From contig CAJINV010000008.1 in assembly GCA_905178155.1 (NCBI GenBank), forward strand, positions 1,488,001 through 1,552,000: a stretch of DNA of 64,000 bases, read 5' to 3'. Each line of letters begins with the position of its first letter. Positions within the stretch are counted from its first letter, which is position 1. The notes beneath the pieces were generated by a model. That model made no database searches, had not been told where the DNA came from, and saw only the letters and a program-made list of their open reading frames with translations. Source of the stretch: Amoebophrya sp. A120 (taxonomy: Eukaryota; Protista; Dinoflagellata). Positions 11,459 to 23,800 of this stretch are shown here, piece by piece. Position numbers and translations under genes: made by a program.

Positions 11459-14400
11459 ATGTCGAGGGACGAGAGGGAGACCGGGGATAGGGAAAGCGCT
11501 GCTCCGGAAAAGGGGATTGCTTTGGACCAGACAGGAGTCGCAAGGGAATTCAGTGGCGCACCGAGAGATGAACCCGAAGCACACTCATTATCCGCAAGAT
11601 CGAATACCAATCCTTTTCTGCGCGAGGATGCACGAGGAGGCGGCCCTGTTTTTGGCGCATCAACCGCTTCAGTAAGCAACGATGGCAATCCTGCTTTGCC
11701 AGCCGGCGCACGTTCAAGGACAAGCCCCGCCACTGCATCCGGAACATCATCGCTTGCGCAATGCTTCCAGCAGACACCTGTGCCTCGTGGTCTGGGCGGA
11801 AAGGTTCAACATAATTCCATGGAACACGGTCCTCCGACGAGATATAGTGACACGTCGAATGATGTTGAGTTAGCAAATCCTGCCGCCGCGACCACGACGC
11901 ACTCGTCTCGTCCGAAGTGCTACTATCCAGAAAATCGCACGGTTGCTGCTTCGTACCCCGGTGCACCAACACCGGGGCTGGCAGATTTGCTGAACAACAT
12001 CAGCATTCACACGAGAGCAGGTGGATCTTCAGATGGGGCTGCAGGGGCCAACAGCAGCTTTCTTAGCGGGCACGGAGAACGCAGCGACGGCGGCGGAAAC
12101 GACCCACGCGCGGCCGTCTCTGCTAGCAGCCGCGAGCACGTGGCGGATGATCCGACGGGGGCACACAAAAGCTACATCGATGAGGCCGAGGGCCCCTTGC
12201 TCCAGCAGCGCCTGCAGTTTGACTACCGCCAGAGTCTGCGCGTCCTGCAGCACCGAGATCGCGAAATCGCAGATTTGCGACAGGAATATCACCTGGCACA
12301 GAAAGGCCTGAATGAGCTGCAGCGCGAGTTGAAGCAGCAAATGACAAAGACCTCCCTTCTGGAGCGCCAGACACACGAAGAAAAATTGCGGCTTGAAGAA
12401 CAGATACGCACCGTGACGAAGGACCACGACCTATTTCTACAGAAAACCCGTGAGGAGCGAAAGCAATGGGAGGAAAGAATCCGGGAAATGGCAGCGGTGT
12501 ACGAGCAAAAGATGAATGAACTGCGAAAGAAAACCGATCAGGCAGAAAAATTCGCACTCGAAAAGGAAAGAAAAGTGAATGAAGACCTGCACACAGTGGC
12601 CGAGAAGCTTCGCTCACAAAAGCAAAAGTTTCAAACCTCGGTAACCCTTTGTCTTTGACTGCTTCGATTTCGATTTCCACGATTGTGATTACAAATTACA
12701 TGACCACAGTACCGTGGATGTTTCTAAAAATGTGCCAGGAATCCATGAAACTGAAGCACAAGCAACGGAATCGAAAATATGGTGTAGTTGATAAAAATTA
12801 ACATAGTCGTGTTCGTGGTGAGGACCTAGATAAAACTACCTCGCATTGCTATGTGGACGAAAACTGCAAGATATCCGCAATGCATTCTTGAAGAACACGG
12901 AATGGAACTCCATCCTTTTTTGGTGAACGAAGTAGAGATGCCAAGCACGCAACGAACACTGCACAACATCTACAACTACAACAGCTCGACGAGAAAGACG
13001 CGGGGCATCAGCGTACGCGGGCCGACTTGGAGCAGCGGTTTGAGCAGGAGAGGCGGAGTCTGCAGGCGAAGTGCGCCGAAGTCGAAACCAGTCGGGATCG
13101 CATGGAGTCGCGGTTGCGTACGGAGCAGGAACTTGCTACGAAGTTCAAGGAGCAGCTCTACCAGGTCGAGCGCGACCAGAAGCAGAAGGAGCAGGAGTGG
13201 AGATTCGCGGTGGAGAACTTGCAAAACGAGCTACTGGAGAAGAAGAGGACGGCGGAGATGGGCAGCAAGCAGTACGAATTGAAGCTAGGCGAGGTGTCCG
13301 AGGAGAAGGCCACTTTGGAAAGTGCGAACAAGAAGATGTGGGCGGAGAACATCGATCTCCAGAAAAAGTGCGAGGCCTACGGGAAAACGGACGCCATGTT
13401 GAAAAGGGAAAAGACCGAACTCGAAGACACGTTATCACGGCTAAAAAAAGAGTACAAGCAAGAGATCCGGGCGAAGGCGGACGAGCTCGCGGAGATGGTC
13501 TCAAAACTGGCTGGGGAGAAGCAAAAGATGGAGGACGATTTTCGCAAAGTTGCGCAGTCCGAACAGAGAAAGTGGCAGGCGCAGAGGGAAAGTGAGGTGC
13601 GCCCGCTAAAGAACGAAATTCGGTTGCTCACAGAAAACCTAGATCGAGTCACGAAGGATTGCCGCGAAGCGAAGAGCCGCGGAGAAGAATTCTGTACTTC
13701 GATTAACCTTCCTGACAAAATAAAATCTGTACCTCGATAAGAATCGCGCTCCTCCTACTGAAATGTGAAATGTTGGTCTTCTTTCTTCTAACTCTAACAT
13801 TTCTTGGGTCTGTCGTGGTGCCGTCGCCACATTCATATTCATACTGCGTGTACTTTCTCAGATCTAGTATCTGCTGAGAGTTGGAGGATTCCTTGACTCG
13901 GGTCCGACGACGCAATGAGCTGTGACTTTGACAGCCGGTGCCACCGAGGAACAAGTCTTCTGCTCTTTTTTGATACGACACCGCGGACACGACACATGTG
14001 ATCAAATCTTTAGATCCTCAATAAAAACTTCCGAATTTTTGACAATACAGATCTGGAGGCCCACACTCGCAATCAGGAGTGCGTCACCTTGCGCGAAGAA
14101 AACGCAGCTTTAAAACTGCGTTTGTGGAGCGATGAAGCTGCGGAGCGGCTGCATCCGGGAGGAATGAAAGAGGACGGCGCCAGAGCTGGATCGAACTACC
14201 CACCACAGCAGTTTGGCTACCCATCCGTCGGCGCAGTAGAAGACGAGGAGCAGGGGAATAACTACATGGATCTGGTCAGTGATGCGCGGACAGCTTTTTC
14301 CTCAATTTCTCCAAAATTTCGCAAGTCCCACTACTCGACCAGAGGCCCTGGTGCCGGGGGAGCACAGCGTCGTTTTGTTCAACACCCTGATCAGATGACT

Positions 14401-16864
14401 CAAGCGCCCCGCATGAAAGCGAGTGGCGCCTTGCGGCACCCGACTCCGGACCCGACAAAGGGCTTGCTGCGCTCGCGATCGCGAGGGAACACCGGGGACG
14501 ATATCATCTCGTCTGCAGACCAGGATATGGAGCTGCAACTGCTGCAGAAGCAGCGGGGTAAAATGGATGACGTGCGTGCGCTCAGCGATTGCGTCGAGCC
14601 TGCGTCCGTTCCCGCTGCGCCCCCGCCAAGTGAGCCGCTGCGCCAGTTCCGAGGAGGGGAAGCGGCACAGCCAATGAGGCCAGCTTGGCTGGATTCAAAA
14701 ACAGGTGGAACGCCCCAACGAGACCTGGTTCATCTGGAGAGAAGAATAAACGATAATGCTTTGCGTGCCCCCCCTTCAGTATCAGTGCCGGGAGCACGAG
14801 CAGACAACGGTGGAGCTGGTGCCGCGTACTTCGCGATGCATGCGAACGCGCTTCCGCTGAATGCAAACCAGGCTGTCAACGGAGCTGCGGTGGCACCACC
14901 AGGGGCGTCGTCGAGCACGACGCAATATCAAATGCAGAAATGTCTGGGTCTGGAAGAATGCGCAATTTGTCATGCAGATTTTCCATGACCCATGAGGTCT
15001 GGAATGCAGGACCTAGCATGACAGATTCTGTGCGATCTCTCTCATGCCTATCCTGCATGAGAATCTCCCTCCCGACTTGGTCAAAACTGGACGACTTTTG
15101 GTAATCATGCAACACAGATTTTTACATGCTTGAGATTTAGCATGACAACTTGCATTCTTCCAGACCCAGACATTTTTACATTTGATACGCAACAGGATCA
15201 ACAGGCAGTCGTTTTGTCGCACCTTGCGGACTATCCTGTGCAAAAGTATCGTACTCGTACTAGTAAATTGCAGATATGCATGACAAATCCAACTTTCTAC
15301 CTGAAATAGCATGAAAAATTGCATTTTTGTTCTTGGGAAAATTTGTATATGCAATTTATACTAGTAGTACGATAGTTTTGCAATGCATACGGACGCGCTG
15401 GCCAAGGTGACAGAGCAGCAGGCTGACCTGAAAGAGCTTGTGATGAAAACGCGAAAGCAGCAGCAACGACAGGAGAACAAGAATCGCCAAGAAGACCACC
15501 ACCACGAGGATGCGCATCTTGCGCATGAAGATGCGCCATCCGCCACGCATGCCCTGCAGTGGGCCACGTTAGTAGGACAAGAAGAAAGAAAGGAGCTACA
15601 ACTCGAGCAGAGGCAGATCCAGCAGGCACCTCAAGAGAACAAGTACACCTCTGCTGATCTTGTTAGTGAGGACGAGGAGGGCGCTGAACTACAACCTGAA
15701 ACTGGGACAGCTTCGCTCACGGCTCCTGGCCAAAACAGGGACATCAACTGCGAAGACGTCGACGGCTCCCACTCCCCGACGTCGAACAAAAGCGTGGTGA
15801 ATATCACCGCTCTCATAGAGGAAGACGAGCAGTATTGCAAAAGTCTTTTCCCAAAGAATGTTGAAGCAAGCTCTTGTTCGTCCCAAACGAGGAAGCCGCC
15901 AGACAAGATTTTCTCCTTTGGAGATCCCTACGAGGTTCCTGCATATCTGGCCCACAAGGAGAGCAGCTCGAGTTGCGCACGGGATGAACAGGAGGCAGGA
16001 ACTGCAAGCCTTTTGAGCGATCAGGTCGATGAAATGGGTCTGCGCCTTGCGGCGGCTGGCTCTACGTCTTTTGACCTGCACGAGGCTGCGGAAGCGGAGA
16101 TTCGCCGCCGGGCGTCCGTCGTCGCGAACGCTGCGTCTTCTTCGAGTGCGCCGAGGCTGAAGGCTTCCGAAAGCTTGCCGAGCTTCCCTCTAGGGCAGCA
16201 GCGTCGTGCTGGTGTTCTTAACGTCGAAGATCCAGAGGAAGACTTGGAGTTCTTCGGCTCTGGGCCGCTACTGAATTTCGAAGACACGAATCAGGGTTTC
16301 CCAGGTCGGCACACGCGCGCAGCTTCTATGGTTGACAGCCGCGAGCAGAATGTTGCAAGACGTAACCGTCGTGCGGACCGGGTTCGAACTTTGAATGAAG
16401 CCTCCACAGGCCAGAGCTTGAATGTGAACGCGATCCTGGCTAATTCCGCGAATCGTCCGGAGCCGGAACTGTTGCGCGAATCGCCGTATCTCGGCACGGG
16501 AGCAGGGTCGCTGATCGTGGGCGGGGGGAAGGTGGCAGGACCAGGAGGAGCTGCACGGGCGCCTAGTGCGAGAAATATTAGAACCGAAAATTCCGCTAAT
16601 GCGGGACAGCCAAGGCTGCAGCGGAGTAGCAACAACAATCTCAACGGATCCTACGGCGCTACCCGGACGACCACACTTTCCGGGCGTCCGAAGAGACGCA
16701 ACAGGCCTGGCGGTGCCCCGGGTGCAGCGCCAAATTCGTTGTACAACGCACGGCGTGCGGGCTTAGCACTACCCGTGCGCGCACGCGTGAACTCTGGGCT
16801 AACGGCAGCGCGGGACGCCTTATCCGAAACAGGAAGGTCTTCCTGGGTCGGATCGTCAAAATGA
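11459..16864 (+). CDS. Large coiled-coil/disordered protein of unknown function (~1424 aa); exons 11459-12640, 12985-13693, 14051-14925, 15193-15231, 15395-16864
   Basis: Long E/K/Q/R-rich helical ORFs joined in frame by two GT-AG introns and two introners; total 4275 nt is divisible by 3. Confidence 0.8.
14926..15187. mobile_element. Introner F1
   Basis: ~30-bp TIR, DR CGCAA; no GT-AG possible in any slide position. Confidence 0.9.
15232..15389. mobile_element. Introner F2 (TATCCTGTGCAAAAGTATCGTACTCG)
   Basis: DR CGGAC; removal gives LADALAK. Confidence 0.9.
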
Positions 16865-17676
16865 GTGCTGCATATTGGTGCCCGCCTGTTGCTCAGATAG
16901 AAAGAGATGAAGTTCTTGATGCGAAAATGGCAAGACGCGACTTTTATCTATGCGCGCTTGGGGACGGAGTGCCATACGCGCATCTGTTGTGGCACAAAGA
17001 GACGCATGCAGGGTGGCAGATTCACCCAAACCAGAAAAAGAATGTGAATGAATACGCATACTATAAGGACAAAGCATCCGCCAACGGGGACTATGCTCGA
17101 TGCTACGAGTGGGGAGGAATTATGACGATGATGATGGTCTCAACTGTGGCAATCCTGCTGTCTGTCTTACTGGTGTGTCGTTGTGACGCCTATGCATATC
17201 ATGTTTTGTGTCTTGCTTTTTATTTCTCGGCGTTGTGCGTCGTGCCTCCTCTCGGTATTTCTCTTGCGTCCTTTCCACCCTTGGTATATGGTTTGGCGGC
17301 GTTGACTCTTGATGCCGGGTCGGTCTTCACCATTATGATTCAGAGCGATAGCAATATTGATGCCAGAGTGCAAAGCGAGTTCTTTCAGCTCTTTTTTTCT
17401 TCTGGTGCGTCCCTGCAGTGTAGTTGGAGTGCAAGAGCTGCTGGCTTTGTATACAAGAACAAATGAAAATTCAGTCGATCATTCAAGGTTTTCTTTCAAA
17501 AATTTTATTTTTGCCCCTCTGTGATTCTGTCTGTGAATAGATACGCAAGCTTGTGAACAAGCCCCCCTTGCCCCGAGCCGACGCATTGGATTGTAGAGGA
17601 TCAGGGCGAAGAGGCGGGACAACGACAAGCACAAGGGCACGGCTTCTGTTTTTGTTTGAGCATTGAAATAATAGCC

Positions 17677-20600
17677 ATGTCACTGTTCCAGGCGCGCGAA
17701 TATTGGAGCGTGCGCGGAAACGAGCAAGCGCATTGCTGTGTGGTCTTATCCTGTGCAAAAGTATCGTACTCGTATAAATGCATTACAAATTCCCTCAGCA
17801 TGAGAAATATAGATTTGTCATGCGAATTTACCTTCGAAAAAGAATTTGTAATGCAAGACTTGCATTTATACGAGGCCGAGGGAGTGCGATACTTTTGCAA
17901 TGCATAGGTCTGCAATGTCGACAATGAGCCTGGTGGTCACAACAAGATTGTCATCGGCAGTCTGGATGGTATGCTGCGGATGTACTACCCAAGGTACTTT
18001 TATATTGAATTCGTTTGACGATTTTAACTTTAACTGTCGTTTACATTCATAATGTAATCGTAGTACGCTTTATTCGACAAATCGAAATCTGGCACGGGTA
18101 GAGACCGGCGCTTCTTCACACGATAAATCGACGTCGCGTCCGGATTTATATATATGTTAGGTGAATGAGAGCTGAGTCTTTTTCCGAAACATGTACCTGA
18201 TCTTCACTTCAGGCGAAGGGAGTACCGGGTAGACGATTTGATTCTCGAGAAAGTCTTAGAGGGGCCTATCCTGCAGTTGTCCGCCGGCAAGTTCGTTGCT
18301 GGGTCCCGCGACCTGTGCCTGGCGGTCCTGCACCCCAAGCGCATTGCCATTTTCATGGTCTCTGCGTCGATGAACCAGCAACAGGCCGTGTATCCTGAGT
18401 AAAAGCATCCCCATCCCATAGTCAAGTTGGGAATCTAGCAACACAAATCTCCAAGTTTTGGGAGCTGTGCATGACAAGTTTCCCTCTGCAGTGTAGTGCT
18501 GATTGGCAAGAGAAGCCGCATGAGAAAGCCACTTTCGCATCCTGTTTACAGCATTACAGATTCCAAAACACGACTGAAAATGCCTCTCATGGAGCTGCGC
18601 ATTACAAACGTTTGTGTCATTGCACATTTGCATGGCGACTCTGGTGTGGGGACGTTTTTACTCAGGATGCCGTGAACTACTACAACACCATCGAGTGCTA
18701 TCGCAAAAAAAAAGTGTTACAGTTACACATTGTGTTGCAAGACCGGCAACACAGACAACCTTTCTCATGCAGGAAATGCTTGGGAGCCTCGTTTCCTTCC
18801 TCTTTTCCATTATGATCTTCGCATTACAAGTTTTCTTTGCCACGCAGAGAAAATTTGTGATGCAGAAACTCCAACTAGTGTGTAACTGTAACACTTTTTT
18901 CTCATGATAAATGCTACGGTCACGAACTCCTGCGCCCTGCGTTCAACTTCTGCCAGGGCGCGTTCGCACAGCAAAAGAACTATTCGGACCGCGACTTTCT
19001 CTGTGTGCAGTCCCTCGACGCGGTCCTGCAGTTCTTCGAGCAGGATGCCCCGGCGTTCAAGCGGGCGCTGCCGCAGGAGCAGTTTCTGTCACCGAATCCG
19101 CTCCTGTACATTCCCAAAACAGACTCCTTCGTCACCGCGGACTCCTGCATGTATATACACGCGTATCGCTACTCCGTGTTGGCTGCTGCGGCAGACAATG
19201 TGGCGGTCTACGGCGGAAGTTCAGCTGGACCCAGCAACCCGGGGGATGCCTTCGGCCAGACAACCTTCGGTGGGTCCTCCTCGAGCACGGCGGGCGCTGG
19301 TGCCGCCGGGGGTAGTACCAACAGTACTTCCGTCGGGGGTGGAAAGAAAGTGCAGGTAGATTGGTCCGTCAATCTGGGGGAGCATGCGGAGCACCTCTTT
19401 TTTGCGCGGATGCTGCGCTCGAACACGGGTCCCAACCCCGAGAGCATCGTCGTCGTGGGCGAGCGGCACCTGTACTATTTGAAGGCGGACGGGGAAACGC
19501 AGCTGACGAAGCGACTCGACTACGAGGTCAGTTGTGCGACCGTGTACCCGACGCCCGGCGCGGCGGGGAGTGCAGGGACACTGGGCAGCAGTGGTTTCAG
19601 CACCGCGGCGAACACGGATTCCAGCGGCACCCTCTACAATCTGATGCTCGGCACGCATTCCGGGCACCTTTTGATTTTTCGCGAGACGCAGATCATCTGG
19701 TGTGCGCAGCTGGGACACGTCCCCATCTCCGTGGATGTCGCTGAGGTGGCCGGGGTCCGCGGAATGATAACCACGCTCGACGAAGACGGCCTGCTGCAGG
19801 TAAAAACCTAGGGGCCCGGCTGTAATGTGGCATAGATATGTGAGATCACGCAAAAGTACCGGCCGCGGTCGTTGGCCAAATTCGAGCAACCAGCGCTCTA
19901 CGTGACACAACTTTCGCTATGCCGGCATAACATATGCGCCATATTAACCAACGTGCTCGTTGTATTCCAACACACGACCCTACCTCTTTAATACTAAAAA
20001 ATGAGAATATTTTCGTATATTGATGTCATGTGCACTTCTACGACTACACGAGTTCCTGGAGGTCTTTCTAAGTATTTACAAACAGTGCGCCCCCTTCAGG
20101 TCTCCTACCTCGGAACGGACCCGCCGCCAGCGGCGCTGGTCAACACAGAAATATCCACAGTAAATTTCCTGTACACGACGTACAAATGCAGTCTCTGCAT
20201 GGCAAAACTTGCCTTCAATCCTGGTGTAGCATGACAAGTTGGACACTGCAAGTTAGCGAAATTTGTCATGCAACATTTTGTACATGCTACAGGAAATTTA
20301 CATTGCATAAGAAACAAAGGAGCTCAATTACGCGGCCATGGAGGATATCCTGTCGTGCAAAAGTATCGTATCCGTATTGTAATCATGCATTACAAATCTT
20401 TTTGTTAAGTCAAATCCGCATTACACATTTTATTTCTCACGCTGAAAATGCGGAAATTTGTAATGCATTTATACGAATACGATACTTTAACTTTTGCAGT
20501 TCATAGATGAGGAACACCAGCAGCTGCTGGCTACCATCCGGGAGTCGCATGGCGAGGGCCGTAAAGAGCCCACGGACCGTCTGGTCATGCATGCGCAAGT

Positions 20601-22941
20601 ACAGCCGCACTGCTCCCTAGAGGAAGACGCAGACGACGCCGAAGAGGTAGAAGGGACACTATATATAATTGCAGAAAAACAGCAGCCTTATGCTTATTAC
20701 TCCATTAGTTTCATTGTGAGTCCATTTGCGTTTGGGTTTGACGCGAGTCTGTGCCCCATTATGAAGGTCAGCGAAACTTTGGAGTTACTTACTCAAAAAT
20801 TACTCACATCATCTTCAGTTTGCGCAAATCGATGGTGTTTTGCTCGAGGGCAGTGTCCGCATCGTCAGCAGCCTCCAGGGTGCCGAAGCCGCAGAGAAGT
20901 TGACTTTTTGCATCGAGGCGCCCGAGTGTTTCGCGGTGAGTCAGAAGTCGTTGTACGTCAATCAGCTGAAATCCAACAGCACACCACTGGTGGTGACGAT
21001 CAACTTCAAAATTGTTTCTTCCAGCCTGTGTAGTTCGTTGACGGCCCGCGCGAGTTGCTGCTATCTGCTGAAGCACAACCAAGAGCCCCGCGTGAGCTCA
21101 ACGGAATTCGAGATACCTCTCTCGTGGGTGGTCAAGCCCATACCACCGATCAAGACTGCAACATACAAAATTCAATTTGACTGCTCCCGAACACCGCCGC
21201 CGTTGACCGAGGTCTTCTCGGACCTCTTCGAGCCGGGAAGTTTGACAGCGGTATTCCTGATAAATATACGTGCAGTTGTTCGGTTGCAATAGTGTTCAAG
21301 ATTTTCATCATTTTCTTGGGCGCAGAACAAAACTTTCCAGTTGTTGTCTTGAAGGAAAAAAGAAAAAGTGAAACGTATTTACCGCCTCAACTTCATATAA
21401 AAAAACTGATTCATTTTCTGCTCCATAGTCATTTGTTGGAATTCAGGCAGCTATGTTCAGGTGTAAAAAAGCTTAGCTTGCTCTGCCAACACATTATGCC
21501 CTTCGATCAGTGTCCCATGCCGGGAGGCCTTTTGCAAATCAAGGTGAAGAAAAATGCAGTCCAGAAAAAATCTTCAGTGAAACAATACAGATGGTGCCAG
21601 TATCGGGATTGAACCCCGCCACAAGCAGCAACATCCTGTCATTGCAGTATCTCGCGGGCACAAACTTCACCGTTACCATTTTGGTTTCCAAATCTGCGGG
21701 AAGGATAAGTGTCCAATCAGGCGAATTCGGGGCCCTCTTTCTTATTTGCCACACTTTGTGCGAGAGGCTGTCCCATCATCGATGCGATGTCAGCTTCCAG
21801 GATAGTCTCCCGCTGCACGATTACTTTTCCGTTCTGGACGACCACTTTTCCGTCCGACGGCATTTGGCATCCTTGAGAACTGAGCTCGCAGACAGGACGA
21901 AACAGTACTCGATCTTTTCCTGGTAGTTCCGTGTGGCTATCGTGCCATGGTGCTAATGCAGCTTTACAACACTATCTTCCATTCGTGCAACGTAGTTCGT
22001 TGTCACATCTTTATTCATCATTGATTTGCGCCAATTTATTACCTCAAAATAGATTCCGAGTTCGTACTCAACAGGTACCGCGTCATCCAGAAGCGGCTTC
22101 TTCTTCGGTACAAAGACCGGGCCAACCCCGCGCCCCTGGGAAACCTGGACAGTCTGCTGCAATTGACCTACGAAAACATTTCATCATATGCAATTCAAAT
22201 TTCCCGCACATGTACAACATGCATCACAAATTTCACCAATTTGGAGTGTAAAACTTGTCATGCTAAACTAGGATCGAAGCCAAGTTTTGTCATGCAGAGA
22301 CCGCATCTGTACGTGTGCGGGAAATTTACTGTGGACACGTCACTCGCGGAAACCATCGAGGACGCGGAAAAAGCGCTGTCGGTCGTGACGCAGCACTTGT
22401 ATGAACTGCAAACGTATCGTACTCGTATTGCCATCATGCATTACAAATTTTTCTTCTCAAGGTAAATTCGCATTACAAATTTTATGTCTACTCGGATAGA
22501 TGATGATGATACTCATGCTGAGGAAATTTGTAATGCATCTATGTATACGAGTGCGATACTTCTGCACAGGATAACTTGCAAGCGACGACGAAGTTGGTGC
22601 TGCTCCTGATTCAGTACCGTTTCGATCTGCAGGACGACGTCGGCGTGCTGCACAGCTACTTCGGGGCCATCTCTAGCGCCAACAGCACGCAGCAAGGGTG
22701 GGAGGAGCTGATTGAGTACAACCTGGACCACCTGCTAAAGTGCGCACTGGTGGACCACAGTTCCGCTGGCACGACGAAAAAGCAGGACCAGAACTTCCTC
22801 GGAAATAGCAACAACCCTCTGAAGATGCCCTCGGATCTGAATCGATTGAAAAAAAGGATAACCACGATGATCGACCGCCTCGCTAATGGTGTGCGGATCG
22901 CGCCGAGCATTATCTTAGGAGGCGAGGAGGAGGACGATTGA
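17677..22941 (+). CDS. BBS9: BBSome subunit BBS9 / PTHB1, multi-exon (7 introners plus about 5 GT-AG introns)
   Basis: Reconstructed MSLFQAREYWS..CNVDN..KIVIGSLDGMLRMY..DDLILE..PILQLSAGKFV..LAVLHPKR..DFLCVQSLD..FFEQ..TDSFVT..SYLGTDP..ELNY matches the well-known BBS9 N-terminal motifs. Confidence 0.93.
17747..17906. mobile_element. Introner F2
   Basis: DR GGTCT; removal gives CVVCNVDN; this one can be read as GT-AG. Confidence 0.9.
18391..18669. mobile_element. Introner F3 (TATCCTGAGTAAAA..CCCCA)
   Basis: DR CCGTG; TIR; right end mutated to ATG. Confidence 0.88.
18699..18909. mobile_element. Introner F6 (AAAAAAGTGTTACAGTTACAC TIR)
   Basis: DR AGTGC/AATGC; removal gives IECYGHELL. Confidence 0.85.
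20152..20309. mobile_element. Introner F4
   Basis: DR AGAAA; removal gives NTETKELNY. Confidence 0.88.
20346..20505. mobile_element. Introner F2
   Basis: DR GAGGA/GATGA; removal restores frame. Confidence 0.85.
22187..22337. mobile_element. Introner F4, inverted relative to the copies at 1791 and 20152
   Basis: Ends GGAAATTTACTGTGGACA; DR CATCA/CGTCA; removal gives NISSLAET. Confidence 0.85.
22400..22573. mobile_element. Introner F2, inverted orientation
   Basis: Ends CTGCACAGGATA; DR ACTTG; removal gives QHLQATT. Confidence 0.88.
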
Positions 22942-23800
22942 CTAGCTGCCGTGACGACTACCACGCGTGCAGGCTTCACGGCAGGGCGGGCCAAGACAGT
23001 TGCGCTAGGCGGCCGCGTTGGGGACCAGGGCGGGGAAAAAGCGAACGCCGCGACACGACCTAAGGGAAGCGCGAGAGAGGGGGACGATCACGACAAGACG
23101 CTCTCGTGGTATTAGGTGACTGTCTGGCCGGTCGACTGTAGAAGCGATCCTGGTGAACCAGACCACATACCACAGTGTGCTGTCGCTTGATTTTGCAGTG
23201 TAGAGTGCCATGCTCTTGTGGTTGATCTTGTTTTTATTCGCAAGGACAACCGGACTAGCAAACTGGTGCCGCGCTGCTGATGCAGTGCACGAACTGCAAC
23301 GACGGGTGAAAACACTTGGACCTGTAACAAGCCTCGGTCTTATCGGTATGACCAAAATTATACCCTGAGGACATACTTGCCGCATGTCACACTCTCTTCT
23401 GTGCTGTTTTAAGTACATTTTTTACCGATCATTGCAGTGGTTGGTAGATGATGATCATGATCTGCGTTCAGTTAGTAACTTGGCCCCCTGCTTGTGCAAA
23501 TTATTCTCCCGGCTACGTGTACAACGTGTTCCTGGTGACTACATTTTCGTCACAAAGTAGATCTCTACCTAGTGTCATCTTCGTGATGGCTCGTATTATC
23601 ACTATCATGTACTCTGTGCTGCTGCTGTTTACAGGAACGCTCTACTCACTGGAGTATGAGCGCTCTTTCACGAGAGCTTTCCGCCTCCCTTCGAATTTCA
23701 GTCACTGCGACGGAGGGTTCCTTTTGATCATCACCGACATTGTAGATTTCCGTTTCGGAAGATCTATTGCGCGTCGCAACAAGGAGCAGACAAAGAGACC

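Noticed and set aside
16861-17466. 201-aa ORF overlapping the stop of the coiled-coil gene
   Set aside because: No recognisable motif and UTR-like composition; it cannot be supported as a gene.
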